Part shown: piece by piece, positions 38,431 through 47,109 of the stretch
How the letters are laid out: every line of letters starts with the position of its first letter
Position numbering within the stretch: position 1 is the stretch's first letter
Source: Candidatus Micrarchaeota archaeon
GTDB taxonomy: Archaea; Micrarchaeota; Micrarchaeia; Norongarragalinales; Norongarragalinaceae
DNA length: 64,000 nt
Assembly: GCA_016212375.1 (NCBI GenBank)
Contig: JACRGH010000044.1
Coordinates: 1,428-65,427, forward strand
Direction: 5' to 3'
Translations under genes and position numbers: made by a program
Notes under the pieces: model-generated
Seen by the model: the letters and a program-made list of their open reading frames with translations, nothing else
Database searches by the model: none
What the model was told of the DNA's origin: nothing

Positions 38431-38865
38431 ATGTCCATGCAAACCGTCCGCAGATTGGCCGCCCGCATCCTGGGCATCGGCCAGAGCCGCGTCCGCATAA
38501 TGGATGAGGAAAAAGCATCCAAAGCCATCACCGCGGACGACGTCCGGGAACTCATGGGGGAGGGCGCCGTCGTAATCCTGGATGAAAAATTCGCAAGCAC
38601 CGCCAAGGCGCGTAAAAAAACGGCCAGCAAATCGGCCGGACGCCGCCGCGGACCGGGTAGCCAAAAAGGCAGCAAGTTCGCCGGATTGAGCCGCAAGGAC
38701 CGCTGGATGCAGCAAGTCCGCGCGCAACGCAATTATTTGGCAGCCAACAAGGTCCGCCTCAAAGAAGGCACCTATCCGAAAGTATACAAGATGATCAAAG
38801 GCAACGCATTCAAAAGCCGAAAGAATCTGATGACGTATCTGGACGAAAACCAGATGTGGGCGTAA
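38431..38865 (+). CDS. rpl19e: Ribosomal protein eL19
   Basis: Sequence and operon position. Confidence 0.85.
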   Translation: MSMQTVRRLAARILGIGQSRVRIMDEEKASKAITADDVRELMGEGAVVILDEKFASTAKARKKTASKSAGRRRGPGSQKGSKFAGLSRKDRWMQQVRAQRNYLAANKVRLKEGTYPKVYKMIKGNAFKSRKNLMTYLDENQMWA

Positions 38866-38870
38866 ATATT

Positions 38871-39380
38871 ATGACTCAAGCTACAGGACCTTTATTCCAA
38901 GTGCATTTCCGCCGTCGCCGCGAAGGCCGCACCGACTACCAGAAACGGTTGTCCCTGCTGAAAAGCCACAAGCCGCGCCTGGTGGTCCGCAAGACCTTAC
39001 GCAGCGTCATCGCGCAAGTGGTCCAGTTCTCTGAAAAAGGCGACTTGGTCTTGGCGCGTGCCGATTCCAAGGAATTGACCGAATTCGGATTCGCAGGAAA
39101 ACGCAACACGCACTCCGCATACCTGACCGGCTTGTTGGTCGGCAAAAAAGCGGCCATGGCGGGCGTGAAGGACTTCGTGCTGGACATCGGCTTGTATGCG
39201 CCGACCAAAGGCAACCTGTTGTTCGCCTGCTGCAAAGGCGCCGTGGACGCCGGCCTTAACACGGCATTTTCCATCGAATCATTCCCGTCCGAAGCCCGCA
39301 TGCACGGCGAACACGTCAAAGCAAAAGACGCCGTCCTCTTAGCAAAGCAAAAAATCCTCAAAGCGGTGATGACCTCATGA
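38871..39380 (+). CDS. rpl18: Ribosomal protein uL18. The start is at MTQATG; the listed ORF begins earlier in the overlap
   Basis: Sequence and operon position. Confidence 0.85.
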   Translation: MTQATGPLFQVHFRRRREGRTDYQKRLSLLKSHKPRLVVRKTLRSVIAQVVQFSEKGDLVLARADSKELTEFGFAGKRNTHSAYLTGLLVGKKAAMAGVKDFVLDIGLYAPTKGNLLFACCKGAVDAGLNTAFSIESFPSEARMHGEHVKAKDAVLLAKQKILKAVMTS

Positions 39381-40036
39381 AGTTCAAAAAAGACCGCTTC
39401 ACATCCCAACGCGACACCGGGGCCCTGCAAAAATGGGTGCCGAAGACCGCGCTTGGAAAAAAAGTCCAAACAGGAGAAATCAAGACGTACGAGGAATTGT
39501 TGGCGACGCAACGGCCCATCTTGGAGCCGGAAATCATCGACACGCTGCTTCCTGATTTGGCCGACGAAGTGTTGGAAATACGCAGCACCCAGCGCATGAC
39601 GGCCTATGGCCGCAAACAACAGATGCGCGCCGTGGTCTTGGTGGGTAACCGCAAGGGCGTCATCGCCGTCGGAATCGGAAAGGGCACGGAAGTGCGCGAC
39701 GCCATTGCCGAAGGCGTCAAGAATGCCAAGAAAAACCTGGTCACCGTCCCGTTCGGTTCCGGTTCCTGGGAAGACTTGTCCGGATTCGCCAATTCATTGC
39801 CGCGCATGGTCAGCGGAAAATCCGGCTCGACGCAGATTTCCATCCGCCCGGCACCCCGCGGCGTCGGCATCGTGGCCGGCAAAGTCGCCAAGAAAGTGCT
39901 GGAAATGGCAGGACTCAAGGACGCCTGGACGTTCACCAAAGGCCGCACCCGCAACGTCTTGAACGTGGCACAGGCTTGCATCGTCGCATTGGACACGCTG
40001 AACCATCTGAAAACCGGAACGGGTGTCAAGGCGTAA
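39377..40036 (+). CDS. rps5: Ribosomal protein uS5
   Basis: Sequence and operon position. Confidence 0.9.
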   Translation: MKFKKDRFTSQRDTGALQKWVPKTALGKKVQTGEIKTYEELLATQRPILEPEIIDTLLPDLADEVLEIRSTQRMTAYGRKQQMRAVVLVGNRKGVIAVGIGKGTEVRDAIAEGVKNAKKNLVTVPFGSGSWEDLSGFANSLPRMVSGKSGSTQISIRPAPRGVGIVAGKVAKKVLEMAGLKDAWTFTKGRTRNVLNVAQACIVALDTLNHLKTGTGVKA

Positions 40037-40082
40037 CGATAACAAAACAATTCAAAAAAAAAAACGCAACCAATCGGAAAAA

Positions 40083-40110
40083 GCACTACCGAAAAGCGCA
40101 AGGAAAAAAC
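40083..40110 (+). repeat. Copy of the dispersed A-rich intergenic motif (GCACTACCGAAAAGCGCAAGGAAAAAAC)
   Basis: Sequence similarity. Confidence 0.6.
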
Positions 40111-40220
40111 AAAGTTTCAAACAAGAAAAAAACACAATCCAAAAAGAAACAAAAAAAAAGACGCTGAAAAAACGGAACTGCAACTACGATTCAAAATAAA
40201 ATAAACGGATTTGAACTCCC

Positions 40221-40610
40221 ATGGCAAACAAATCAAAATCACCCAAAAAAGAAGGAACCGCACAGCCTGCGATGGGCGTCCCGATGTTCGTCATCTTAGT
40301 CCGCGGCTTGCGCAACGTCCGCCAGGCCCAAAAGGACACGTTAAAGCAATGGGGACTTTCGCGCATCTTCCACGGCGCATTGGTCAAGAACAGCACCCAA
40401 TTGAAACAACAATTGCACACAGTCAACTCGTTGGTGGCTTTCGGCCAGGCAAATGATGAAACGGTCAAGAAGTTGCAGGCCAAAGGCAGCGTGCCCTACC
40501 GCCTGCATGCGCCCACGGGTGGATTCGGCACGGTCAAAAAACGGTATCCGGAAGGCGCCTACGGCAATTGGGGCGACAAAATCAACGAACTCGTCCAAAA
40601 AATGATGTGA
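40221..40610 (+). CDS. rpl30: Ribosomal protein uL30
   Basis: Sequence and operon position. Confidence 0.85.
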   Translation: MANKSKSPKKEGTAQPAMGVPMFVILVRGLRNVRQAQKDTLKQWGLSRIFHGALVKNSTQLKQQLHTVNSLVAFGQANDETVKKLQAKGSVPYRLHAPTGGFGTVKKRYPEGAYGNWGDKINELVQKMM

Positions 40611-40619
40611 TTTTTACTT

Positions 40620-41057
40620 ATGGCACGACGCATTACTTCACGCAAATTCAAACACCGCGGCAACCGCACCCACGGCGGCGGCAATACCAAGAACCGACGT
40701 GGCAAGGGTAACCGTGGCGGTGTGGGGCGTGCCGGATACCACAAGCACAACTGGTTGCGCACCATCAAAACCGAAGGAACCAACAAAAAAGATAAGGGCT
40801 TGACCGGTTTTTACAACCCGACGCGCAAGATTTACGCCACCATGGACCTCGAAGAGCTGACGCACGCCATCAATCGCGGCGTTGAAGCCGGCAAAATCCA
40901 GAAAAACGATGCCGGATTGCTGGTCGTGAGCCTGCCGAAAACCAAGATTCTCTCCGGTGGAACGCTGGGACACAAGGCGGCCATCAAGGCCTACGCCTTT
41001 TCGGCCAAAGCCAAGGAAAAACTGGAAAAGGCCGGTTGCACGACGGCGACGGAATAG
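40620..41057 (+). CDS. rpl15: Ribosomal protein uL15
   Basis: Gly/Arg-rich N-terminus and operon position. Confidence 0.85.
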   Translation: MARRITSRKFKHRGNRTHGGGNTKNRRGKGNRGGVGRAGYHKHNWLRTIKTEGTNKKDKGLTGFYNPTRKIYATMDLEELTHAINRGVEAGKIQKNDAGLLVVSLPKTKILSGGTLGHKAAIKAYAFSAKAKEKLEKAGCTTATE

Positions 41058-41232
41058 TTTTTTTTTAATTTCCTTTCAACAGTCCGCAATCCGGACATTT
41101 TTCTTTTCAAAGGTGAGCCGAAGGCGCGTTGCAAAACAGACCGGACGCACGGGTAAAAAAAAGCAATACAATAACTAAAAAAATGGACAAAACCTAAAAT
41201 AGGATTTTTCCCTCTCAAACCCGACGCAAACC

Positions 41233-41244
41233 TTTTTATTAAAA
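41233..41244 (+). promoter_or_regulatory. TATA-like box (TTTTTATTAAAA) about 22-33 nt upstream of the secY ATG. An oligo-T terminator follows the L15 stop at 41058-41070
   Basis: A/T box at the expected distance for a leaderless transcript; TAGTTTTTTTTT directly after rpl15. Confidence 0.3.
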
Positions 41245-41265
41245 CCAGGCCTCAAACGTAGAGAA

Positions 41266-42708
41266 TTGTTTATGGGATTACTCGATATTTTCAGGCCCAT
41301 CACCCGGATTTTGCCGGAAGTGAAAAAACCGGACCGCGCACCCCCACTGCCCCAGCGGCTGATGTGGACGCTTGCGTGCCTGTTGATTTTCTTCATTTTG
41401 GGCCAGATTTTCCCCATCGGTTCGGACCCGTCCCAGATTGCCGCCACGTTCGAACGCCTGGACATCTTGCTGGGCTCATCCACCGGTTCCTTGATTACCG
41501 CGGGAATCGGCCCCATCGTACTGGCATCCATCTTCCTGCAGTTGGCCGTAGGCGCCAAACTCATCAACTTGGACATGGCCAATCCGGAAAACAAGAAATT
41601 CTTCCAAGGATTGCAAAAATTGCTCGCCATCGTGTTGAGCTTCTTTGAAGCGGCCATCTTTTCCTTCTCCGGCTACATCCCGTTGAGCCCGACGCACTTG
41701 TTCGGAAGCCTGTTCGCGACGCAACTGATTGTGATGTTCCAAATCGCGTTGGGCGCGTTGTTGCTGTTGTACCTTGACGAAGTGTGCCAAAAATACGGCA
41801 TCGGCTCGGGTATTTCATTATTCATCGCAGCAGGCGTTAGCAAAACAATATTTGTGGGCGCATTCAGCTTCGTGTCCTTGAGTGCATCGGGCGAGCCATC
41901 GGGACTGATTCCAAGATTCATCTGGAACCTGATTAATCCTGCAGGCTCCGTGACCACGTCGTTCTTCTCACTGGTACCCATCATTTTCACTATCGCGGTC
42001 TTTTTGGTGGTCGTTTTTGCCGAAGGCATGAAAATCGAACTGCCGCTGGCATATGGGAAAGCCCGCGGCTTGGGCGCGCGGTACCCAATCAAATTCTTAT
42101 ACGTGTCGAACATCCCGGTCATCTTGGCCTCGGCCGTCCTTTTGAACATCCAATTGCTCGGTGCGGTGATGGCCGTTCCGGTGGACGGACAGCCCGATAT
42201 CAAGATGGGCATTTTCGGCACGTTCCAGAACAACCGACCGGTAGACGGATTCGCGTATTATATCAACTCCCTGCCATCACCCATCTTGTTGGGCGGCTAT
42301 GAACAGTATCTCCAAATCATCACCCAGCCCAATGAAATATTGCACATATTCACGTACGGCATCGCGCTGATCATTCTCTGCATAATTTTCGGATGGTTCT
42401 GGATCGAAAGTACGGGAATGGGGGCGTCCGACGTCGCACGACAGCTGGAACGCTCCGGATTGCAGATTCCCGGATTCCGGCAGGACCCCCGCATCACCCA
42501 AGGCATCTTGGAGCGGTACATCCCCATCATCACCATATTGGGCAGTATCTTCGTGGGAATCCTTGCCTGGTTTGCCGACATCACCGGCGCCTTGGGTACC
42601 GGCACCGGCATCCTGCTGACCGTGGGTGTCATCTACCGCTTCTATGAAGAGCTGGCGCAACAGCAATTGTTTGAAATGTACCCCATGCTCAAATCGGTCG
42701 TGCAATAA
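41266..42708 (+). CDS. secY: Preprotein translocase subunit SecY
   Basis: Ten-transmembrane SecY pattern; follows L15. Confidence 0.9.
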   Translation: MFMGLLDIFRPITRILPEVKKPDRAPPLPQRLMWTLACLLIFFILGQIFPIGSDPSQIAATFERLDILLGSSTGSLITAGIGPIVLASIFLQLAVGAKLINLDMANPENKKFFQGLQKLLAIVLSFFEAAIFSFSGYIPLSPTHLFGSLFATQLIVMFQIALGALLLLYLDEVCQKYGIGSGISLFIAAGVSKTIFVGAFSFVSLSASGEPSGLIPRFIWNLINPAGSVTTSFFSLVPIIFTIAVFLVVVFAEGMKIELPLAYGKARGLGARYPIKFLYVSNIPVILASAVLLNIQLLGAVMAVPVDGQPDIKMGIFGTFQNNRPVDGFAYYINSLPSPILLGGYEQYLQIITQPNEILHIFTYGIALIILCIIFGWFWIESTGMGASDVARQLERSGLQIPGFRQDPRITQGILERYIPIITILGSIFVGILAWFADITGALGTGTGILLTVGVIYRFYEELAQQQLFEMYPMLKSVVQ

Positions 42709-42801
42709 GGCAAAGGACGCCGGAAAAAAAAATCCGTAAAACGAAAGGAAGAAAAAAACGCAATGCAATAACAAAAAAACAATTCAAAATCGATTAAAAA
42801 A

Positions 42802-43410
42802 GTGCACGCGAAAAAAAAACCGGTCAAAAAAACGGTGCGGGGGCATTTACGGTATTATCCAAACGTGCAATGGACCATGGCGTACGAAATCATCCTGCTG
42901 ACCATATTGGCATTGGCCTATTCCGTACTTTCATTGGTACTACAATACACCTTAGGTAACCGCCGGCGGGTCCAACAAATCCAGAAAGACATGCAGGATC
43001 TTCAAAAAGAATTCCAAAAAGCCGCCCAATCAGGGGATGAAAAGGAAATCAAGCGGCTGGAAGAAAAACAAAAACACATGACGGGCCTGATGTTGGAGTC
43101 CATGAAGTACCAATTCAAGCCCATGCTAGTCATCCTGCCCTCGTTTCTTATTATGTTCGGCGGATTCGGCTTTGAAGGCATCCTATTCAGCCTGTTTCCC
43201 GGGTTCAATATCACGTTGCCCATCGCCTTGCACTTGGACGGAAGCGAGCTTTTAGGACTGAACGTCTTGCACAACAGCCACTATGGCGTGCGGGGCTTTT
43301 TCCTCGTCATCCTGTTTTTCAGCGGGATTTTGTTGCAACTGGCGGTCGTCCCGATAGCCGAAAAGCTTTTTTACGGCCCGAAACAAGAAAAAACCGTACA
43401 AACGCCTTAG
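42802..43410 (+). CDS. DUF106/YidC-Oxa1-like archaeal membrane protein
   Basis: Three transmembrane helices plus a coiled-coil, in the conserved archaeal position after secY; GTG start in the listing. Confidence 0.55.
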   Translation: MHAKKKPVKKTVRGHLRYYPNVQWTMAYEIILLTILALAYSVLSLVLQYTLGNRRRVQQIQKDMQDLQKEFQKAAQSGDEKEIKRLEEKQKHMTGLMLESMKYQFKPMLVILPSFLIMFGGFGFEGILFSLFPGFNITLPIALHLDGSELLGLNVLHNSHYGVRGFFLVILFFSGILLQLAVVPIAEKLFYGPKQEKTVQTP

Positions 43411-43565
43411 AAGTCGCCTTACAGAAAGATGCCAAAAACCCCAAACGCATGAAGGCAAAACAAAAGGCAAAACTTAAAAAAAGCAAACCCAATCCTAAAA
43501 AAAACTAAAACGCCCGCCCTTTTCATCCATTGAAAACCAAGGCCAAAAGTGTTGTGAACCCCCCT

Positions 43566-43892
43566 ATGAACCGCTCCCGTTACCGCATGAAAAAACGCTC
43601 GCGTCGCACCCCGTCGGGTCGAACGTCCCTGTTAATCCGCAACAAAAAGCCGAAAATCGCGCCGTGCGCCTTGTGCCGCACGCCCATGGGTGGCATTCCG
43701 CGCGCCACGCGCACCGAAATGCGCAAGCTTTCAGCCACGCAACGCCGGCCGCAACGCGCCTTTGGAGGCGTCTTGTGCGGCGCCTGCACGGCATCCGTCA
43801 TCAAGACGCGCACCCGCCTACAATCCGGCATCGCCGATGAGACCAAAGTGCCCTTGACGCTGATGAAGTACGTCAAGATGCTCAAGGCGTAA
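43566..43892 (+). CDS. rpl34e: Ribosomal protein eL34. The likely start is MNRSRYRM
   Basis: C4 zinc motif CALC...CGAC and a basic N-terminus. Confidence 0.8.
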   Translation: MNRSRYRMKKRSRRTPSGRTSLLIRNKKPKIAPCALCRTPMGGIPRATRTEMRKLSATQRRPQRAFGGVLCGACTASVIKTRTRLQSGIADETKVPLTLMKYVKMLKA

Positions 43893-44067
43893 AATACGGG
43901 TTCAATAGGCGAAAAGTAAAAAAAACCAATCTTGAATTTTTTTAAAGCCGCGTCGGACCGATTTGCCGGCGCCGTTTCCATTTTTTCAAAGGCCAGCGTC
44001 ACGCTTCCAAAATTATCGAAAGCGATGAACAGACAACCCATTTAAACCCGTTTTCCTTTTATTTCCC

Positions 44068-44646
44068 ATGCGCATCGCCATTTCCTCATTATCCGGTTGC
44101 GGCAACACCACGGTCTCGCGTTTGGTGGCCGAAGGATTGAAACTGCACTTCATTAACTACACCTTCCGGAATCTCGCGGTCGACCTCAAAGTCCCATTTG
44201 AGAAAATACAAACCGAGTCCAAAACCACACCCAAATACGATTACGACGTGGACCGCCGGCAGGTCGCGCTGATTGAAAAAACCAAAAACTGCGTGGTCGG
44301 CTCGCGCCTGTCCGTCTGGCTGGATGACGACCGCATCAAGAACAAAATCGGCGTAAAATCCCCCGCCTTTGACTTAAAAGTTTGGATTTACGCCCCCTTG
44401 AACGAGCGGGCCAAACGCATTTCCAAGCGCGAGAAAAAAACATTTGCCCGCGTCTTGGAAGAGACGCTCTATCGGGATGAGGAAAACGAACAGCGCTACT
44501 TGTCATTGTATGGCATCAACGTGGCCCGCTTTGCCCGCGCCGTGGACTTAACGGTCAATACCGAACGCTTTTCTGCCGAACAGACGGCGGAACTGATTAT
44601 TGCGTGCGCCCAGAAAATCAAAACCAACACGAAGGCCAAAAAGTGA
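44068..44646 (+). CDS. cmk: Cytidylate kinase, archaeal type
   Basis: P-loop IAISSLSGCGNTTV; conserved cmk/L14e/cbf5 neighbourhood. Confidence 0.75.
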   Translation: MRIAISSLSGCGNTTVSRLVAEGLKLHFINYTFRNLAVDLKVPFEKIQTESKTTPKYDYDVDRRQVALIEKTKNCVVGSRLSVWLDDDRIKNKIGVKSPAFDLKVWIYAPLNERAKRISKREKKTFARVLEETLYRDEENEQRYLSLYGINVARFARAVDLTVNTERFSAEQTAELIIACAQKIKTNTKAKK

Positions 44647-44652
44647 CGCACC

Positions 44653-45081
44653 GTGCATTTGCTTGAACACACGTTTAAAAAAGCCGGGTTCGTCCACGCT
44701 CAATTATCGCCAACTGGTTTTTTTGAAATGCTCCAGGGACGCGAATACAGCGAAATGAATCCCAATGAGAGGGAAAAAATTGCGCACCAATATGCGCGCG
44801 GAGAATTTGACCAAGTCCACGCGTACCGGTTGACGAAATGGGATCCTGCATTTGAAAAGGAAAATCGGGATCCGGTTCGGGCCGTCGTGAGTGCGATTGA
44901 GACATTCAAACAAAAGCAAAAAGAAAAACCGCGCCCCGCCATCGTCTATTCTATGCAAATACCCCAAAAAGCGCGTGCGGTTGAAGAAAAAGGAGTCACC
45001 TGGCAAGTTCTGGTTCTGACCCCGCAACCCACCATTGGCCAAAAAATCGCCAAAGTCGTATTCAAGCTATTCAATGGATGA
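44653..45081 (+). CDS. Hypothetical protein inserted between cmk and L14e
   Basis: ORF only. Confidence 0.35.
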   Translation: MHLLEHTFKKAGFVHAQLSPTGFFEMLQGREYSEMNPNEREKIAHQYARGEFDQVHAYRLTKWDPAFEKENRDPVRAVVSAIETFKQKQKEKPRPAIVYSMQIPQKARAVEEKGVTWQVLVLTPQPTIGQKIAKVVFKLFNG

Positions 45082-45190
45082 ATGACTCCAAAGACGCCAT
45101 AACAACAACCTTGAAAAACCCCTCCCGCCACCGTTTATGAAGTCGAGTCGATTCAATCCAAAAATCCAACACTTACAGGTGAGTTTCCAT

Positions 45191-45358
45191 ATGACAGCGT
45201 TTGACGTAGGACGTAAATGCATCCGCCTCCGCGGGCGCAAGGCAGGGCAGACCGTGACGGTCAGCAAGGTCATCGACAATCACTTCGTCGAAGTGACCGA
45301 CGCCTCTGGCAAAGCCAAGAAAGCCAACATGGCCCACTTGGAACCGTTGCCGGCTTAA
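45191..45358 (+). CDS. rpl14e: Ribosomal protein eL14. The likely start is MTAFDVGRKC
   Basis: KOW-like GRKCIRLRGRKAGQ...HLEP. Confidence 0.75.
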   Translation: MTAFDVGRKCIRLRGRKAGQTVTVSKVIDNHFVEVTDASGKAKKANMAHLEPLPA

Positions 45359-45756
45359 ACAAGAGTAAGAAACTGGTTTGGCGAAACAATCGGGATTCCG
45401 GCCCACTCTTTCAAGACGAGCAAATGCTTTTTGTCCTGAGTGATTATATACGCGGCATTCGACTCCAAAGCGCATTCCAAGACACGATTGTCGGATGGGT
45501 CTGATCGGATTACGGACACAGTACGACCCGGCGTCACAAGAATGCAGGCGGACGCGATTTTTTCAACGGCTTGCGCTGAATCAACAGGATTGAAATGGAA
45601 ATCGCGTTGCAAAACATGCTCAAATTCATCCAGCAAATATTGCGAAGTAAAAATCCGATGGCCACCTCGGATTAAGAAATCCAAAACATCGAAGCTGGGA
45701 CCTTTCCAAAAAAAAGAGGAAACCCATACGTTGGTATCCAAAATAACGTCAGTCAT
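45355..45756 (-). CDS. vapC: PIN-domain toxin (VapC-like)
   Basis: MTDVILDTNVWVSSF N-terminus with conserved PIN acidic residues. Confidence 0.75.
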   Translation of the reverse strand: MTDVILDTNVWVSSFFWKGPSFDVLDFLIRGGHRIFTSQYLLDEFEHVLQRDFHFNPVDSAQAVEKIASACILVTPGRTVSVIRSDPSDNRVLECALESNAAYIITQDKKHLLVLKEWAGIPIVSPNQFLTLV

Positions 45757-46021
45757 AGAGAACGCCGCGGCCTTCGTGAATGAGTCTTACGACGTCTTTT
45801 TCACGTAGACCTCTGGCCTTGGCATGCGCACGAGCTTTTTTGCCTAATTCCCCAAATAGTTCCGATGCGGATGGAACGGTGATCCGTTTCAAAATAACCG
45901 TATCCCCATTTCCCGCCACAGCAAACCTGTCGCCGGCATGGATATGCATCGATTTCCGAATCCAATCCGGAATTACCACTTGCCCTTTCGCCGATATCGT
46001 CGTCATACTCACTTCACTCAT
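45749..46021 (-). CDS. vapB: AbrB/MazE/SpoVT-family antitoxin
   Basis: TISAKGQVVIP swapped-hairpin motif; overlaps vapC by 8 nt. Confidence 0.7.
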   Translation of the reverse strand: MSEVSMTTISAKGQVVIPDWIRKSMHIHAGDRFAVAGNGDTVILKRITVPSASELFGELGKKARAHAKARGLREKDVVRLIHEGRGVLYD

Positions 46022-46059
46022 CCGCCTTCCCGTACAACTATTTTACTTTCTTACTTAAA

Positions 46060-47073
46060 ATGCTTTGGCTGGACCGTATCGCTATAAAGATTGGAAAACA
46101 AAGAAATCCAAACACCAAAATACTCCGGGATGACCCAATGATAAAACTACACGAGGAGGAATCCGTCTGGGGCAAACGCCTCGCCGAAAAGACCGTCGCC
46201 GACATCCTGCCTTACAGCATCGTGGTCATCGACAAACCCTGCGGACCCTCGTCGCACGAAGTATCCGCATATGTCAAGCGGATGCTAGGCGTTCCAAAAG
46301 CGGGACATTCCGGCACGTTGGACCCGGAAGTCTCAGGCGTCCTGCCCGTATTGCTGGGTGAGGCGACCAAAGCGGCGGGCCACTTGTTGAAGGATCGCAA
46401 GACGTACGTGGCGTTGATGAAATTGCGCGAGGCGCAGACCGATGCCCAGCTTGAAAAAGTTTTCGCCCGCTTCCGAGGCAAAATCTACCAAACGCCGCCG
46501 AAAAAAAGCGCGGTCAAGCGGGCTTTGCGCGTGCGGGAAATCCACACGCTGAAACTGTTGGAAAACGACGGCCATTTCGTATTGTTTGAATCCGACGTGG
46601 AGGCCGGCACCTACATTCGCAAGCTCTGTTACGACATGGGCGAAGTGCTTTTGTGCGGCGGACTCATGGCCGAGCTTCGAAGAACAGTGGCCGCCGGATT
46701 CGGGGAAAAAACGACCCACACCATGCAGGACCTCTCGGACGCCATCTGGTTGTGGAAGGAAAAGGGCGATGAAAAACCCCTCCGCGCCATGTTGATTCCG
46801 GTGGAAAACGCCATCCAACTCAAGAAAGTCGTCGTCTCGGATGGCGCCATCCAGCCCATCACCACCGGCGCGAACCTCGCCATTCCCGGAATCCTCGCTC
46901 TAGACGAAAAAATCAAAGCCGATGACGCGGTCCAAATCGTGTCCGGAAAAGGCGAACTGGTCTGTTTGGCCAAAGCCCTGCTCTCGACGGAAGACATCCA
47001 AAGCCGGGAAAAAGGGATTGCCTTTGACATCGAACGCGTCATCCGGCGCCACACGGCCTACGCGCCGGCTTGA
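46060..47073 (+). CDS. cbf5: tRNA/rRNA pseudouridine synthase Cbf5 (H/ACA RNP catalytic subunit) with a PUA domain. The start may be Met 46138
   Basis: GHSGTLDP catalytic motif (Asp), a C-terminal PUA-like region, and the conserved position after L14e. Confidence 0.85.
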   Translation: MLWLDRIAIKIGKQRNPNTKILRDDPMIKLHEEESVWGKRLAEKTVADILPYSIVVIDKPCGPSSHEVSAYVKRMLGVPKAGHSGTLDPEVSGVLPVLLGEATKAAGHLLKDRKTYVALMKLREAQTDAQLEKVFARFRGKIYQTPPKKSAVKRALRVREIHTLKLLENDGHFVLFESDVEAGTYIRKLCYDMGEVLLCGGLMAELRRTVAAGFGEKTTHTMQDLSDAIWLWKEKGDEKPLRAMLIPVENAIQLKKVVVSDGAIQPITTGANLAIPGILALDEKIKADDAVQIVSGKGELVCLAKALLSTEDIQSREKGIAFDIERVIRRHTAYAPA

Positions 47074-47109
47074 AAGGCTTTTTATCCACGCTTTCCCTCG
47101 GAATATACT

